Shown here one piece after another: positions 11,917 to 25,150 of a DNA stretch of 64,000 nt. The notes below the pieces were generated by a model, which was not told where the DNA came from, ran no database searches, and saw nothing but the letters and a program-made list of their open reading frames with translations. Within the stretch, counting starts at the first letter, position 1; the number at the start of each line of letters is the position of its first letter. Both the position numbers and the translations under genes were made by a program. The DNA comes from Eledone cirrhosa (Eukaryota): assembly GCA_964016885.1 (NCBI GenBank), contig OZ024740.1, positions 1,054,001 to 1,118,000 of the forward strand. The letters are read 5' to 3'.

Positions 11917-14900
11917 ATGACCTCACTCAGAATAGGCAGCATAAATGCGCGTGGCTTGGGGTCGTCATGGAAGCAGGGTCACCTGCTCAACGACCTCAGG
12001 TCACTAAACATAGATGTAGTGGCCATCAGCGAGACCAGAATCTCCGAAGCACGGGCCTTCGCACCGATCTTCGGCGGCTACGATGTGTACGCATCTCCCA
12101 GCCGTCCTGGATCCGGTGGAGGAGTTGCTGTACTTTTTCGGAGAGGTTTGGATCTCGCCATACGGGCCATCTTCCTGGACCCAGAGGGTAAGCTGGTGGT
12201 GCTGGACGTGACCAGCGGAGACGGGCAAGCTTTCAGGCTAGTGGCCGTCTATGCCCCGACAGGAGCAGGGCGGCCTGATTTCTTCCGGCGTCTGGAGACC
12301 TTTCTTGGAACGTCCTGCTCTTTAGTGTTAGTGGGCGACTGGAACGGGATCTTAGATGCACGCTGGGACTGTGTGGGATTAGCGGATAGGGGTGGAGGGT
12401 GCAAGAGCCTCACCAACCTGCTCAGGCGTTTTGAACTGTCTGACAGGTACCGATTGGATTTCCCGAATGTGCCAATGTGGACTTGGACAAACCGCATAGG
12501 GTCATCCAGATCATATCTAGATAGAGTATTTTGTAGGGAAATAGATAGGTCTAGCATAGGCTGTCCACAATTCAAGATAGTCAGCTACACGGACCACAAA
12601 TTCGTGATCTGTGTGCTTGACTTAGATAGGCTTCATAGACGAGGACCCGGCTACTGCAAGCTAAACGCGTCCTTACCAGCGCGCAAGGCCTACAGAGACC
12701 GGATTAGCGAACTAGTTAAGCGGGCCTTGACGGGGGCCATCGTCAACAACAAGTGGTGGTTTGCTCTGAAAAGAACGATTAGAATAGAGTCCATTAGGTT
12801 TAGTAAGGCTTTAGCAATAGAGAAAAATAGAGCAGAGGGAGAACTAGTTAGAAAATTAGACGAGGCGCTTAGCAAAGGCATTGCGACCGACGTGCTTGCG
12901 GCGAAATTGGCCCTTGACCAATTCTTCAATGCAAAGCACGAAGGCTGCGTTGTCAGAGCAAGGGTGCGTGCTCTCAGACACGAGGGGACGAAAGCCGTTC
13001 AATGGGCCCGAGTGGCGGAGGCGCGTCGTGGCAACAAAGCCACGATCCGGTCTTTGGTGGACCACGACGGGCGCATGCTACTCGATCCCGGGCAAATGTG
13101 TGAAGCTTTTCAGCGACACTTCGCTCAGCTGTTCGGGGGAAGCGGTGGGCCGGGTAGGGGGATGGACTTTAGTGTCTACCTCGACGGACTGCCGCGGCTC
13201 TCGGCCACTGAGGCGAAGTGTTGCGAAAAGCCGATAACAGCCGCTGAAGTAAGGGAGGCAATGACTGGCTGCACAAGGGGTAAATCGCCTGGTTTGGATG
13301 GTCTGCCCTATGAACTTTACGTACAGATGCCAGACTTGTTCGGAGGCCTCTTGGCGGACGTCTACTGCAACTGGCAACAGAACGGGAGAATTCCCAGTTC
13401 TGTGAGCCGAGGAGCGGTGGCACTGCTGAGAAAGGATCCGAACAAGGGGGATAACATAGAAAATTTCCGGCCCATAACTCTGCTAAACACAGAGTTTAAG
13501 ATTTTGGCCAAGGTGCTAGCAAAGAGGTTGGCGCTTGTCGTTGGTGGTCTGGTGGGAGAGGCGCAGACATGCGCCATACCCGACAGATCCATCCACGACA
13601 ACCTCCACCTCATGCGATACATCGTAGAGAGGGTAGCTAGGGAACCTGGCACGGGTGGGTCCTTGATCAATTTAGATCAGTCGAAAGCTTTCGATAGGGT
13701 CGACCATCGTTACCTAGCGGCAGTCCTGAGGGCGGCTGGCTTTGGGCCCGTCTTCAGAGGCTGGATCGCTGCCATGCACAGCGACATCTGCTCTGTGGTG
13801 AGAGTGAACGGTCACCTGTCGGAACCGTTCAACATCATGCGCTCGGTCCGCCAAGGATGTCCCCTCTCGTCCCTCTTGTACGTATTGACTCTCGAGCCAT
13901 TACTGCACAAACTGGAGACGTTGAGGGGGGTCCTGCGCGAACTAGGATGCGGAAGATCCGTATCAGCATATGCGGGCGATGTCACCGTAGTGGTGTCGAA
14001 CGCCAAACACATCGAGGCGATCGGCACTACACTAAGAGAATACGAAGCGGTGACAGGAGCAATGATCAACCAGGAAAAGTCAGTGGGCCTGCAGCTCGGC
14101 ACCTGGAGAGGCAGGTTCATGCCGTCCAACAGCGTCGTCGGACGCTGGACGGACGGACCGGTTAAATTGCTAGGGGTCTGGTTCGGTCCGGACCTCCAGA
14201 CGGACAAAAACTGGGACGAGGTGACGAGCAGGGTGGCTTCTCTCACCCAGAAATGGGCGGAGAGGAAGCTATCCCTGAAAGGTCGAGCGGAGGTGGCTAA
14301 CGCGTACATCGCGTCCGTCATCTGCTACCGCCTGACCGTCGTACCTTGTCCTAAGCCTCGCCTGACTGTGCTGGAGCGTTTGCTCTTTCGCTTTTTGTGG
14401 AAGGGACGCGCTCCGATGGTCAGGCGGTCCATCTGTTGTCAACACCCGCTACGTGGAGGGCTGGGCATGCCGTGGCTGATGATGCGCAGGCACGCGCTCA
14501 GGCTACGACATCTCCACCTCTTCCTCGGCGGTGATCAGGTGTGGTCGCCGTTTGCTAGACGCGTCTTTCCCCAGCTCGTTTCCTTGACGGAGCTGCAGTC
14601 CTGGGTCAAGCGAAGACCGAGAGGGAGCGCCTGGAGACTGGAATGTCTTCAGGCGCTCACAGCCCTCGACCAATCGGGCAATGTGATCGGTGGAAACTCC
14701 ACCTCGGCGTTCTATAGAGGATTAGTGGAGGGGAAGAGCGACGACGTACTTGGGGAAACTCTAGGCGTCGACGAAAATCAACTAGCCAATCTCTTCGGAA
14801 GAACTTTCGGGCCAGGGCCTATGGACAACTTCCAGAAATCTCTGGCCTGGTAGTGCTACCGAGGAGCCTTGCCAGTTCGGGATAAACTCTACAGGCATGG

Positions 14901-15336
14901 AGGTGCCGTCAGCCGGGCATGTCCGAGATGCGCGCAGGGCAACGAAACCGTCCTGCACGCACTCGTCCAGTGTCCGAAAATTGCTGACTTGTGGGTTTAT
15001 GTCGAACACCTGCTGTCGCGTTTAGGACGGATCCGGCTATCATCTGAGTCTATCGTGAGGATTGCCCCGCCCTCCTCCTCTAGCCGGGAAGGGCAGGCAG
15101 TTTTTATCTGCCTGGTGGCCATGGCGAAAGAGATAGTATGGTGGACACGTTTGAAAGGGCTGAAGACGAACACTTACCTCTTCGGTGATGCTCTGATTGA
15201 CTTTTTCAAATTTCATTTGAAAAGGAAAATCAGAGTAGAGAGGGAAGTGCTCTCTTCCCAGCATTTTGTTGAAAGATGGGTGAGAGAAGCAAGAATGGCC
15301 CGAGTGAATGGGCCTACTCTGAGCATATATCTGTAA
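11917..15336 (+). pseudogene. ORF2 of Tx1 copy C: APE + RT + C-terminal CCHC; one premature TAG at 14851-14853
   Basis: The 978-aa ORF continues in frame with 14869-15336. Copy A has CAG at the stop position. The RT motif reads YAGD. Confidence 0.92.
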
Positions 15337-15583
15337 ATTAAAGGTGGAAAACTGGGAGAGGGCACTTGCCTTGGTGGTCAGGGTCATTGTGGCTTTTTAC
15401 TGGGCTTTCTCCACAAATGTCCCTCCGAAGTCTCCCCCCTATTGGGGAATTTTTCATTGTTATTTTTGTTACATCCTCTGTTTTTGTTTTGTACACGCAG
15501 AAATGCCCATTTGTACCGTCCTGCATTGTCCTGCACTGTCCTTAATGTCTACTTTATGTAAACCCTTGTGGTTAATAAAGAAA

Positions 15584-15633
<50 letters not shown>

Positions 15634-18600
15634 GTTCTTTGAGTCTCAGTCATGATGTTAGTTAACTGGAAAGTTTGTTGAAATGAATATCAAGCCACTA
15701 CCTGCAGCCTCAGATATTCAGGACGTATCGGAGCGTTCTTGCTGTTCCCAGCATGCATGCCTTTTGAAGCGTTCCAAAAAGCGTGAAGGGGCCAATTTTC
15801 TTTAACCATCCCTGGAAACTTTTTGAGATAGTCCCTAGTGCGCCTATGACAATCGGGATCACATTGACTTCATGGCAGTTCCAAATCCTTTTTACCTCCC
15901 ACTTTAAGTCCTGGTATCGGTTAATTTTCTCCCTCTCCTTCTCTTGCACTCTCGTGTCGAATGGGCAGGCCACATCCACAATCAGGCATGATCTTTTTTC
16001 CTTGTCCAAAACCACCAGGTCAGGTCTATTGTGTTCCAGTTTCTTGTCCGTCTGTATCCTAAAATCCCACAGCACCTTCACCTGATCGTTTTCTATCACC
16101 GACTCTGGCTTATGCTCATACCACTTCTCAGAATGTGGTAAATTGTTTACTTTGCATAGGTGCCAGTGGATCACCCTGCCCATCACATCATGTCTCCAGC
16201 CTTTATAGTGAGTCTGGGCTAGGTGTTTACACTCGGATACAATATGAGCCACAGTCTCCTCTATCTCTCTCTCCACAGATCCTAGTGGGCTAGCCTCTAT
16301 GAAGGGATTTTTCATGAAGGCTGCTCTTCATGAAGGCTGCTCTTTCTCCTTGATGTTATTTCCTCCTTGGACATCCCCTGGTCTATTGTTCTCTCCTTCA
16401 GTACAATTCTGAGCATTGGCTCCTTACTATCAGTCACTTATTTGTGTAGGTTGTTTTTCTCCATCTGAACACAGTCCTCTATGCTGATAAGACCTCTTCC
16501 ACCTTCAGATCGCCTTAAGTAGAGTCTATCGACATCACTCCTCTTGTGGAACATGTTGTAGATAGTCAATAGCTTCCTAGTCTTCCTATCCATTTCTTTT
16601 TGTTCAGCAACATTCCATCTCAGAATTCCCGCACTGTACCTAATAATAGACACAGCTCGGTAATTTACTGCACTTATGGCATTCCTACTGTTCAGATGTG
16701 ACTTTAATACGCTCCTTACTCTCCGAATGTATTCAGATCTTATCAATTCATTCATTTTTTTGTTCTTGATGTCATCAGCCTCCAGAACACGCAAATACTT
16801 GTATCCCTCTTCAGTGTCGATTTCCTTTATCATCTCACCTGCTGGTACCTGGATTCCGTTGCTTCTGCTCAATTTACCCCTCTTCATCACAAGGACTCCA
16901 CACTTACTAATACCAAATTGCATACATATATCATTGCTGAAAATACGGACAGTGTCAACAAGCACATCCAACTCCTTCTCACTCTTCCCGAAGAGCTTAA
17001 GATCGTCGATGAAGAGGAGGTGATTGATGGAAAGCCCTCCCTTTCCCAACTTGTATCCTGCTCTCACTTTTCGAAGTATAATGGTCAGGGGCATCAGGGC
17101 AAGGACAAACAACAGAGGGGACAGACTATCTCCCTGGAAGATACCTCTCTTGATTTTCACGCCTCCCAAGGATTCTCCAGCTGATGTTAACTCTGTTTTC
17201 CAGGACTTCATACTTTTTCCCAAAAACTGTCTGATGTTATCTGCCACCTTGAAGATCTCTAGGCTTTTGGTGATCCAAGAATGAGGCACCATGTCAAATG
17301 CCTTTTTGTAGTCTATCCATCCCATGGCAAGACCAGTGTGTCTCCTCTTGCAATTCCTCATTACCATCTTATCAATAAGTAACTGGTCCTTTGTACCACG
17401 GGACTTCTTTCGGTATCCTTTCTGTTCGTCCGGTAACAAGTTGTTTGTGTGGAGGTGATGGTAGATTTCCTCAGACATAATGTTTGTCAACAGTTTCCAC
17501 ATTACGGACAGACATGTGATAGGTCTATAGTTGGTAACATCATTACTCTTGATTCGGTCTTTCATTACCAGAACTGTGGTACCTTTTGTCAACCACTCTG
17601 GTACCTCACCTGACATCAAGCAGTCATTGAACATGGTTGTCAGTTTCGGGTGGAGGGATGTTATATTTTTAATCCAATACCCCTGCACACCATCTGGGCC
17701 CGGTGATTTCCAGTTGGTTAGTTTTTTGGCCTGCCCCTTAAGAGTTTCAACAGTGATACTCAAATCAGTTTGTTTGGTGTGCCTGTTCACTAATCTCCTT
17801 TTGTACTGTCTCAATCGACACTGCCTGGTCATTATGTTTAACATCTTACTCCCATATTCCTCTCCAGAATGTCTTAGTTTGTTCCAACTCAGGGATCAAG
17901 TCGTTGCCTCTTTCTTTCCCTTCAAGCTGTCCAAACAGCATCTTCTGGTTGTTGTCAAACATGCGGTTCTGTCTATACTGACTGACTCTGCTCTCGTATC
18001 GCCTAATTTTTGCACTCTTTGCTACAATGCGTTGCTTCAGTTCCTCTATGATAATATTTAGCTTTTTCCTCCTAGTTTTGTACTTTATTTCCAGTCTATT
18101 TTTAGTGTCTATGTTTTTTAGTGTCCCATTCAGTAGGGACTCAAGCTTTCCAATGTCATTTTTCATTTCCCTGATTTGACCATTCAGTCGTTTCTTCCAC
18201 CAAGGTTCTGATCTTTCTTGTTTGTTGTTTCCTCTCGCTTTTATGCCAAGTAATTTCCTCACCGCATTTGCTGTTGCTTTGAGGATATTGTTGCACTGGT
18301 GAAGGCTCCTCGCCTCAAGGTATGGGACGATTTTGTTTACCTTAGATGTTGTTTCTTTTAACTTTTTCCTGTCTACAAATCTTAGGTTCATAGGTCTCCC
18401 ACTATCATTGTTCAATTCATCTACCACTAAGTTTAGGATATCAACCAAATCTTGTCCTAGCCCGTCAGCATTCATCTCCTCAATGGCCGTATCTTTGTTC
18501 CAGGTATTATTTATTTCAGCATTCAGATCATTGTCTGCTTCGGATGGTTTCTCCGTTCTCTCAACCTCTTCACCTTCATTTCCCACTGGCTCGTTTGCCT

Positions 18601-19070
18601 GGCATACTCCACTCTCCATTTCCAACCTAATCTCTCTGCTCAGTTCCTCCAGTTCCAGCTCGCTTATCCACCCATTAGTTCTTGTTACCCGAGCCTGCCC
18701 GGCCAATTTTTGTTCATCTAATTTAAATAGACCAATCTCGTTCCAGATGTTATGCATCCGTTTCCGATAGCCTTTCTCCTTGGGGTTACTCTTCAGGTAA
18801 CATTTCATAGCAGTTCTATTCAATTCTTTCGTCCAGTTGGTTCTGGTCCCTTTCCTACTTCTTCTTCCTCCGACACCAGCAGTATTTGGTTGACAGCCAG
18901 GTCCCTGCTGCTGAGCCAGGGAGCACCTGCTGGGTGAGAGTCTGTCACATTCCAGTCTCCACTTCACCGTTATTCGAACTGTTTAGGTTCGACATTTAAA
19001 CACTCTTATCGAGGATTGGTGAATGTATGGTTACATAACCACCGGTGATTTCATCACCTCCGGTGATTTT
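15634..19070 (-). mobile_element. R4/Dong-like retrotransposon copy 2, near full length, disrupted
   Basis: N-terminal region (WTKELN...CY...KGYRKRM..IW), RT at 16438-17844 and RLE domain at 15710-16315. Frameshift at about 17845 and a deletion near 16300 relative to copy 1. The 5' end may extend to the (TAA)n at 19531. Confidence 0.9.
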
Positions 19071-19531
19071 AGTGTGGCACTATCACGCTGTAGACGAACA
19101 TAAATAAACAAACAAACAAATAGGTAAAAACCCTCCAAAAAAAAATAAGCATAAGTTTCATTGTAATGTAATGTTTGAATGTCTGACTTTTTTTTTTCCT
19201 TCTCTGTCTGTCTGTTTTTCTTTTCATTTTCCTTTTCCTTACGTTTTTCATTGTTGCTGTGCTGTTTTGATTTTGATTTTTGGTTTTTTGATTTTTTGAC
19301 CGGGTCATCAAATCAGTCTATTTATATCTTTTGATGCCTTCCTCTTTTAGTGGGGACACTACGATGCATGTCTTAGCAGGAGGTAGTGGGAGAGAATAGC
19401 GGCGGTAGCGATAATGAGGCAGTGGTGGTGGTGGTAATAAGAATTATTCTATCACAGTTGTTTTAAATAAGTAAAAATCAAAAACTTACGATTCCATAAT
19501 GATATATATCCATCATGTGCGTTTTCTTCCC

Positions 19532-19590
<59 letters not shown>

Positions 19591-19782
19591 TATGATCTCT
19601 ATATATCTATACATTGTTGACTAAAGGGATGGCTGAAACAGGTTGACAACAATGATGTCACAGCTCATCATTTAATGTCCAATCTGATGAGTTCCACTCC
19701 AGTTGCTAAGGTCTGGGATGTGAGATGTGTTACAAAAATATCACTAAAACCAAGATACTGGTTTGGTATAACTACCTGGTTT

Positions 19783-21460
19783 GTATGTGTTGTGGTGTGG
19801 TGTGGTATGTGGTGTGGTGAGGTGTGTTGTGGTGTGGTATGTGGTGTGGTGTGGTATGTGGTGTGGTGTGGTATGTAGTGTGGTGTGGTGTGGTATGTGG
19901 TGTGGTGTGGTGTGGTGTGGTATGGTGTGGTATGTGGTGTGGTGTGGTTTGTGGTGTGGTATGGTATGTGGTGTGGTATGTGGTGTGTGGTGTGGTGTGG
20001 TATGTGGTGTGGTATGTGGTATGGTGTGGTATGTGGTGTGGTGTGGTGTGGTATGGTGTGTGGAGTGGTATGTGGTGTGGTGTGGTGTGGTATGGTGTGT
20101 GGTGTGGTGTGGTATGTGGTGTGGTTGGTGTGGTGTGGTGTGGTATGTGGTGTGGTATGTGGTGTGGTGTGGTGTGGTATGTGGTGTGCTGTGATGTGGT
20201 GTGGTATGTGGTGTGGTGTGGTATGTGTTGGAGGTGGTGCGGTGTGGTGTGGTATGATGTGGTATGTGGTGTGATGTGGTATGTGGTGTGGTATGTGGTG
20301 TGGTGTGGTGTGATGTGGTATGTGGTGTGGTGTGGTGTGGTATGTGGTGTGCTGTGCTGTGGTATGTGGTGTGTGGTGTGGTGTGGTGTGGTATGTGGTG
20401 TGATGTGGTATGTGGTGTGGTATGTGGTGTGGTGTGGTATGTGGTGTGGTGTGATGTGGTATGTGGTGTGGTGTGGTATGTGCTGTGGTGTGGTATATGG
20501 TGTGGTGTTTTGTGGTGTGGTGTGATGTGGTGTGGTGTGGTGTGGTATGTGGTGTGGTGTGATATGTGGTGTGGTATGGTGTGGTGTGGTATGTGGTGTG
20601 GTGTGGTGTGATGTGGTATGGTGTGGTGTGGTGTGGTGTGGTGTGATGTGGTGTGGTGTGGTGTGGTATGATGTGGTATGTGGTGTGATGTGGTATGTGG
20701 TGTGGTATGTGGTGTGGTGTGGTGTGATGTGGTATGTGGTGTGGTGTGGTATGTGGTGTGCTGTGCTGTGGTATGTGGTGTGTGGTGTGGTGTGGTGTGG
20801 TATGTGGTGTGGTATGGTGTGGTGTGGTATGTGGTGTGATGTGGTATGTGGTGTGGTATGTGGTGTGGTGTGGTATGTGGTGTGGTGTGGTGTGATGTGG
20901 TATGTGGTGTGGTGTGGTATGTGCTGTGGTGTGGTATATGGTGTGGTGTTTTGTGGTGTGGTGTGATGTGGTGTGGTGTGGTGTGGTATGTGGTGTGGTG
21001 TGATATGTGGTGTGGTATGGTGTGGTGTGGTATGTGGTGTGGTGTGGTGTGATGTGGTATGGTGTGGTGTGGTGTGGTGTGGTGTGATGTGGTGTGGTAT
21101 GTGGTGTGGTGTGATGTGGTGTGGTGTGATGTGGTGTGGTGTGGTGTGGTATGTGGTGTGGTGTGGTGTGGTGTGATGTGGTATGTGGTGTGGTGTGGTA
21201 TGTGGTGTGGTGTGGTATGTGGTGTGGTGTGATATGTGGTGTGGTGTGATGTGGTATGTGTTGTGGTGTGGTATGTGGTGTTGTGTGGTGTGGTGTGGTA
21301 TGTGGTGTGGTGTGGTATGTGGTGTGGTATGTGGTGTGGTATGTGGTGTGGTGTGGTATGATGTGTCTGTTGTGTGGGATGGGGTGTGTGTTGTGGTGTG
21401 GTGTGGTATGATGTGTCTGTAGTGTGGGATGGGGTGTGTGTTGTGGTGTTTTGATGTGTT
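19783..21460. repeat. (GGTGT)n pentanucleotide satellite with internal higher-order duplications
   Basis: Direct reading. Variant units GGTAT and GATGT occur, and the block near 20460-20660 is repeated near 20900-21090. Confidence 0.95.
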
Positions 21461-21671
21461 GTTGTGTGTGTGTAGTGTATAGAGAAAATTTTACAAACAT
21501 AGGACCGATAAGAGGTGTGTGAGGAGTCTACCCCATACAACCCTCTCAGGAATAAATGGCTGAAGAAAAAGAGAAGTATTTTCAAATGTGAATTATCTTT
21601 TTAAAAAGTCATAATTTCAACTGTCATGAAAGTACCATCCAACAAATATTAAAGTTATAGAATTGTTTTTA

Positions 21672-24061
21672 ACATCATCATTATCTATAATAGGCAGATT
21701 GTTGTTGTTGTTGTGTGTGTGTGCATGTTCTATGTTTATACATATTCAAAAGCAACAGATAAATTTATTCAACAACAACAAAAATAATGATAAATCTTTT
21801 TTAAAACATCTATCAACGAACGTGACAGAAAGAAGTATCAGTTCATTTACTATTCAAACTCACCCACAGTTATGGAAATAATCGATAAGACTAAATACTT
21901 GACGCTTTACCCCTCTAATAGAATCTGATTACCTCTCTCTACTCCCTTTAACATTCAATAAAACTACATACATGCTTACAAACTTCCTTTAGGAACGCCG
22001 AAGAGAGAGAGGGGAGAGAGAGACCGTTTGTTTTTGAGTGTGGAACGGTCAAACATTTATTTACTTCAATGACAAAGAGAACTTATTACATTTCATACGA
22101 AACAACAATTATTCAAAAGCAACAGGTAAATTTATTCAACAACAAAAAAAAATAGCGATAAATCTTTTTTGAAACATCTATCAACGAACGTGGAAGAAAG
22201 AAGTATCAGTTCATTTACTATACACAATAATATTCTCTATGAGGTCACTAAACCTGCTAGAAACAGCAGCTAACTCTCCCCCATATCACACCACTCCCTA
22301 CTGTCTTAAATTTAGAAAACATATCCTCTATGAGGTCAATAAACCTGCTAGAAACAGCAGCTAAATCTGCCCCATATTCAAAAGCAACAGATAAATTTAT
22401 TCAACAACAACAAAAATAACGATAAATCTTTTTTAAAACATCTATCAACGAACGTGGAAGAAAGAAGTATCAGTTCATTTACTATATCACTAAACCTGCT
22501 AGAAACAGCAGCTAACCCTCCCCCATATCACACCATTCCCTACTGTCTTAAATTTAGAAAACATATCCTCTATGAGGTCACTAGACCTGCTAGAAACAGC
22601 AGCTAACTTTAACCCATATCACACCCCTCCCTACTGTCTTAAATTTAGAAAACACACATTAGACAACCATGCAGAAAAACTCCATCGCAGCTCTGTTGTT
22701 CGGCTGGCATCGTCTACGCGCATGTTACGCAAGTACTGTGAAACAATAGATTTCAACACTTCTTTGCACAGAGATAATATCCATAAGCGAAACTACAATT
22801 GTCACTGCTGGCGCAGCTCCTGCTTCGGCAGTCCAGGTCTGCAATTCATTCACCCAGTGCCTGGCAGACAAAAAAGTGCTGCCATAAAATGGGTAGTGCA
22901 ACCTAACTTTGGTAAATTACTGACCGCGAGCAACGCCGGGCTTTAATGCTAGTTATCTTTAAAAGGCAGATTGGTGTTGTTGTTGTTGTTGTGTGTGTGC
23001 ATGTTCCATGTTTATACATTTGCACAATTTCAAACCGATTCGACTCAATGTCTGTAAGAATGTTGCAAATGGTCTAACTTAGGTCAAGGTCAACGACTAT
23101 TTATTTCATTCAAACTCACCAACAATTATGGAAATAATCGATAGAACTAAATACATGACGCTTTACCCCTCTAAAAGTATCTGATTACCTCTCTCTACTC
23201 TCCTTAAAATTCAATAAAACTACATACATGCTTACAAACTTCCTTTAGGAACGCTGAAGAGAGAGAGGGGATAGAGAGAGAGAACGTTTGTTTTTGAGTG
23301 TGGAACGGTCAAACATTTATTTACTTCAATGACAAAGAGAACTTATTACATTTCATACGAAACAACAATTATTCAAAAGCAACAGATAAATTTATTCAAC
23401 AACAAAAAAAAATAGCGATAAATCTTTTTTAAAACCTCTCAACGAACGTGGAAGAAAGAAGTATCAGTTTATTTACTATACACAATAATATACTCTATGA
23501 GGTCACTAAACCTGCTAGAAACAGCAGCTAACTCTCCCCCATATCACACCCCTCCCTACTGTCTTAAATTCAGAAAACATATCCTCTATGAGATCACTAA
23601 ACCTGCTAAAAACAGCAGCTAACTCTCCCCCTATCACACCACTCCCTACTGTCTTAAATTTAGAAAACACATATCCTCTATGAGGTCACTAGACCTGCTA
23701 GAATCAGCAGCTAACTCTCCCCCATATCACACCCCTCCCTTCTGTCTTAAATTTAGAAAACACACATTAGACAACCATGCAGAACAACTCCATCGCAGCT
23801 CTGTTGTTCGGCTGGCATCGTCTACGCGCGTGTTGCGCAAGTACTGTGAAACAATAAATTTCAACACTTCTTTGCACAGAGATAATATCCATAGGCAAAA
23901 CTACAATTGTCACTGCTGGTGCAGCTCCTGCTTCGGCAGTCCAGGTCTGCAATTCATTCACCCAGTGCCTGGCAGACAAAAAAAGTGCTGCCATAAAATG
24001 GGTGGTGCAACCTAACTTTGGTAAATTACTGACCCCGAGCAACGCCGGGCTTTAATGCTAG
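21672..24061 (+). mobile_element. Two head-to-tail non-autonomous Helitrons (about 21672-22952 and 22953-24061)
   Basis: Each starts TC..A(T/A)AGGCAGATTG and ends with a GC hairpin plus CTAG. The insertion is absent from the paralogous site at 28654/28655 (A|T), and there is no TSD. Confidence 0.85.
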
Positions 24062-24254
24062 TTTACACATAAATGTGGATATTTTGTCAAATATAAACCA
24101 GTTAAGGTTTACAAAATAAACACATAATTCTTTTGTTTTGTTTTTTAATGATGTAGTCATAAGGGTGTCACTGTGGACATTTGAAGCTTGGTGGAGCCCT
24201 TCAATCACCAGGTTTGAACAGTTTATTTCTTCTAGAGAATGAGAGAGAGAAATA

Positions 24255-24615
24255 ACAGATCCCAGTGGTAAACTGGTATTGTTTTTTATCAACCTTGAAT
24301 GGATGAAAGGCAAAGTTGACCTCAGCAGGATTTAAACCCAGAGAGCAGAGAACCAGAACAAATATGGCAGAAAGCATTTTATCCATTGTTTAAAGACTTT
24401 AAATAATTGTTTCTACTTTTAACTCAAGGCCAGCAATTGTAAGGGACGGAGAAAGTTGATTAAATCAACCCCAGTGCATTACTGGTACTTTATTTCACTA
24501 AACCTCTGAGGAAGAAAAGTAAAGCTAACCTCAGCAGGATTTTAACACAGAATGTAAAGGGATGTAACTATATGACACAAAGCATATCGTCTGACACTCT
24601 ACTGATTCTGCCAAT
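24255..24615 (-). mobile_element. Two decayed tRNA-SINE copies (paralogous copies at about 28900-29250)
   Basis: Similarity to the SINE at 48783-48962. Confidence 0.6.
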
Positions 24616-25150
24616 ACAACACCCTCAACAATGAGGTGTCTCTATAAGAAACCTTAATGATAAATAATATGAAGTGGAACTTCCTCAGAGTGTATTTGTG
24701 GATTACAATACAAAACCTCTGAGAATGATTTCCAACATATTTCACCATAATAAATGTTCATCAATATATATTATTATCATTATCATTTATTAGGTCAGGT
24801 GGATTGGCCAGAACAATTCTACTTAATAATTCTTTTTTAGATGTCATGATCTTCCATGGCATTCCTGAGATCATTAATCTCCAGCTGGACATCCAGAGAC
24901 ATCTCATCTATGTAGGTAAATCTCAGTCATCCCACTAGGGTCTTACTATATTTAGGTATCCACCACTGGAGCCAGCTCATCAGGTCATCCTACCCTCAGT
25001 AGCAATGTCCAGCATATATTGTCCTCCGCTCCCTAGTTATTGTGGTAATCTTTGATATATGGGAGTATATTTCTTCCACTTGAGTGAGGTATATATACAT
25101 ATATATATATACACACACATATATATGTTGAGATGTATAAGAGAAGGATT

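Larger units (their letters stand above)
9572..15585 (+). mobile_element. Tx1/L1-clade LINE copy C, full length
   Basis: Begins right after the (ATT)n that ends copy B. Contains ORF1, ORF2 and a 3' UTR, followed by (ATT)n at 15586-15633. Confidence 0.93.

Noticed and set aside
19668-21585. 610- and 613-aa His/Thr/Pro-rich ORFs
   Set aside because: Artefacts of the stop-free (GGTGT)n satellite, open in several frames. The same applies to 27600-28480.
22572-24015. Duplicated 124/111-aa ORFs
   Set aside because: They lie inside the Helitron monomers and start within an internal repeat. No recognisable domain, and they differ by a frameshift.
24970-24990. CTGATGAG on the minus strand as a hammerhead
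   Set aside because: No stem II plus GAAA at a suitable distance. It lies within a decayed LINE-like fragment.
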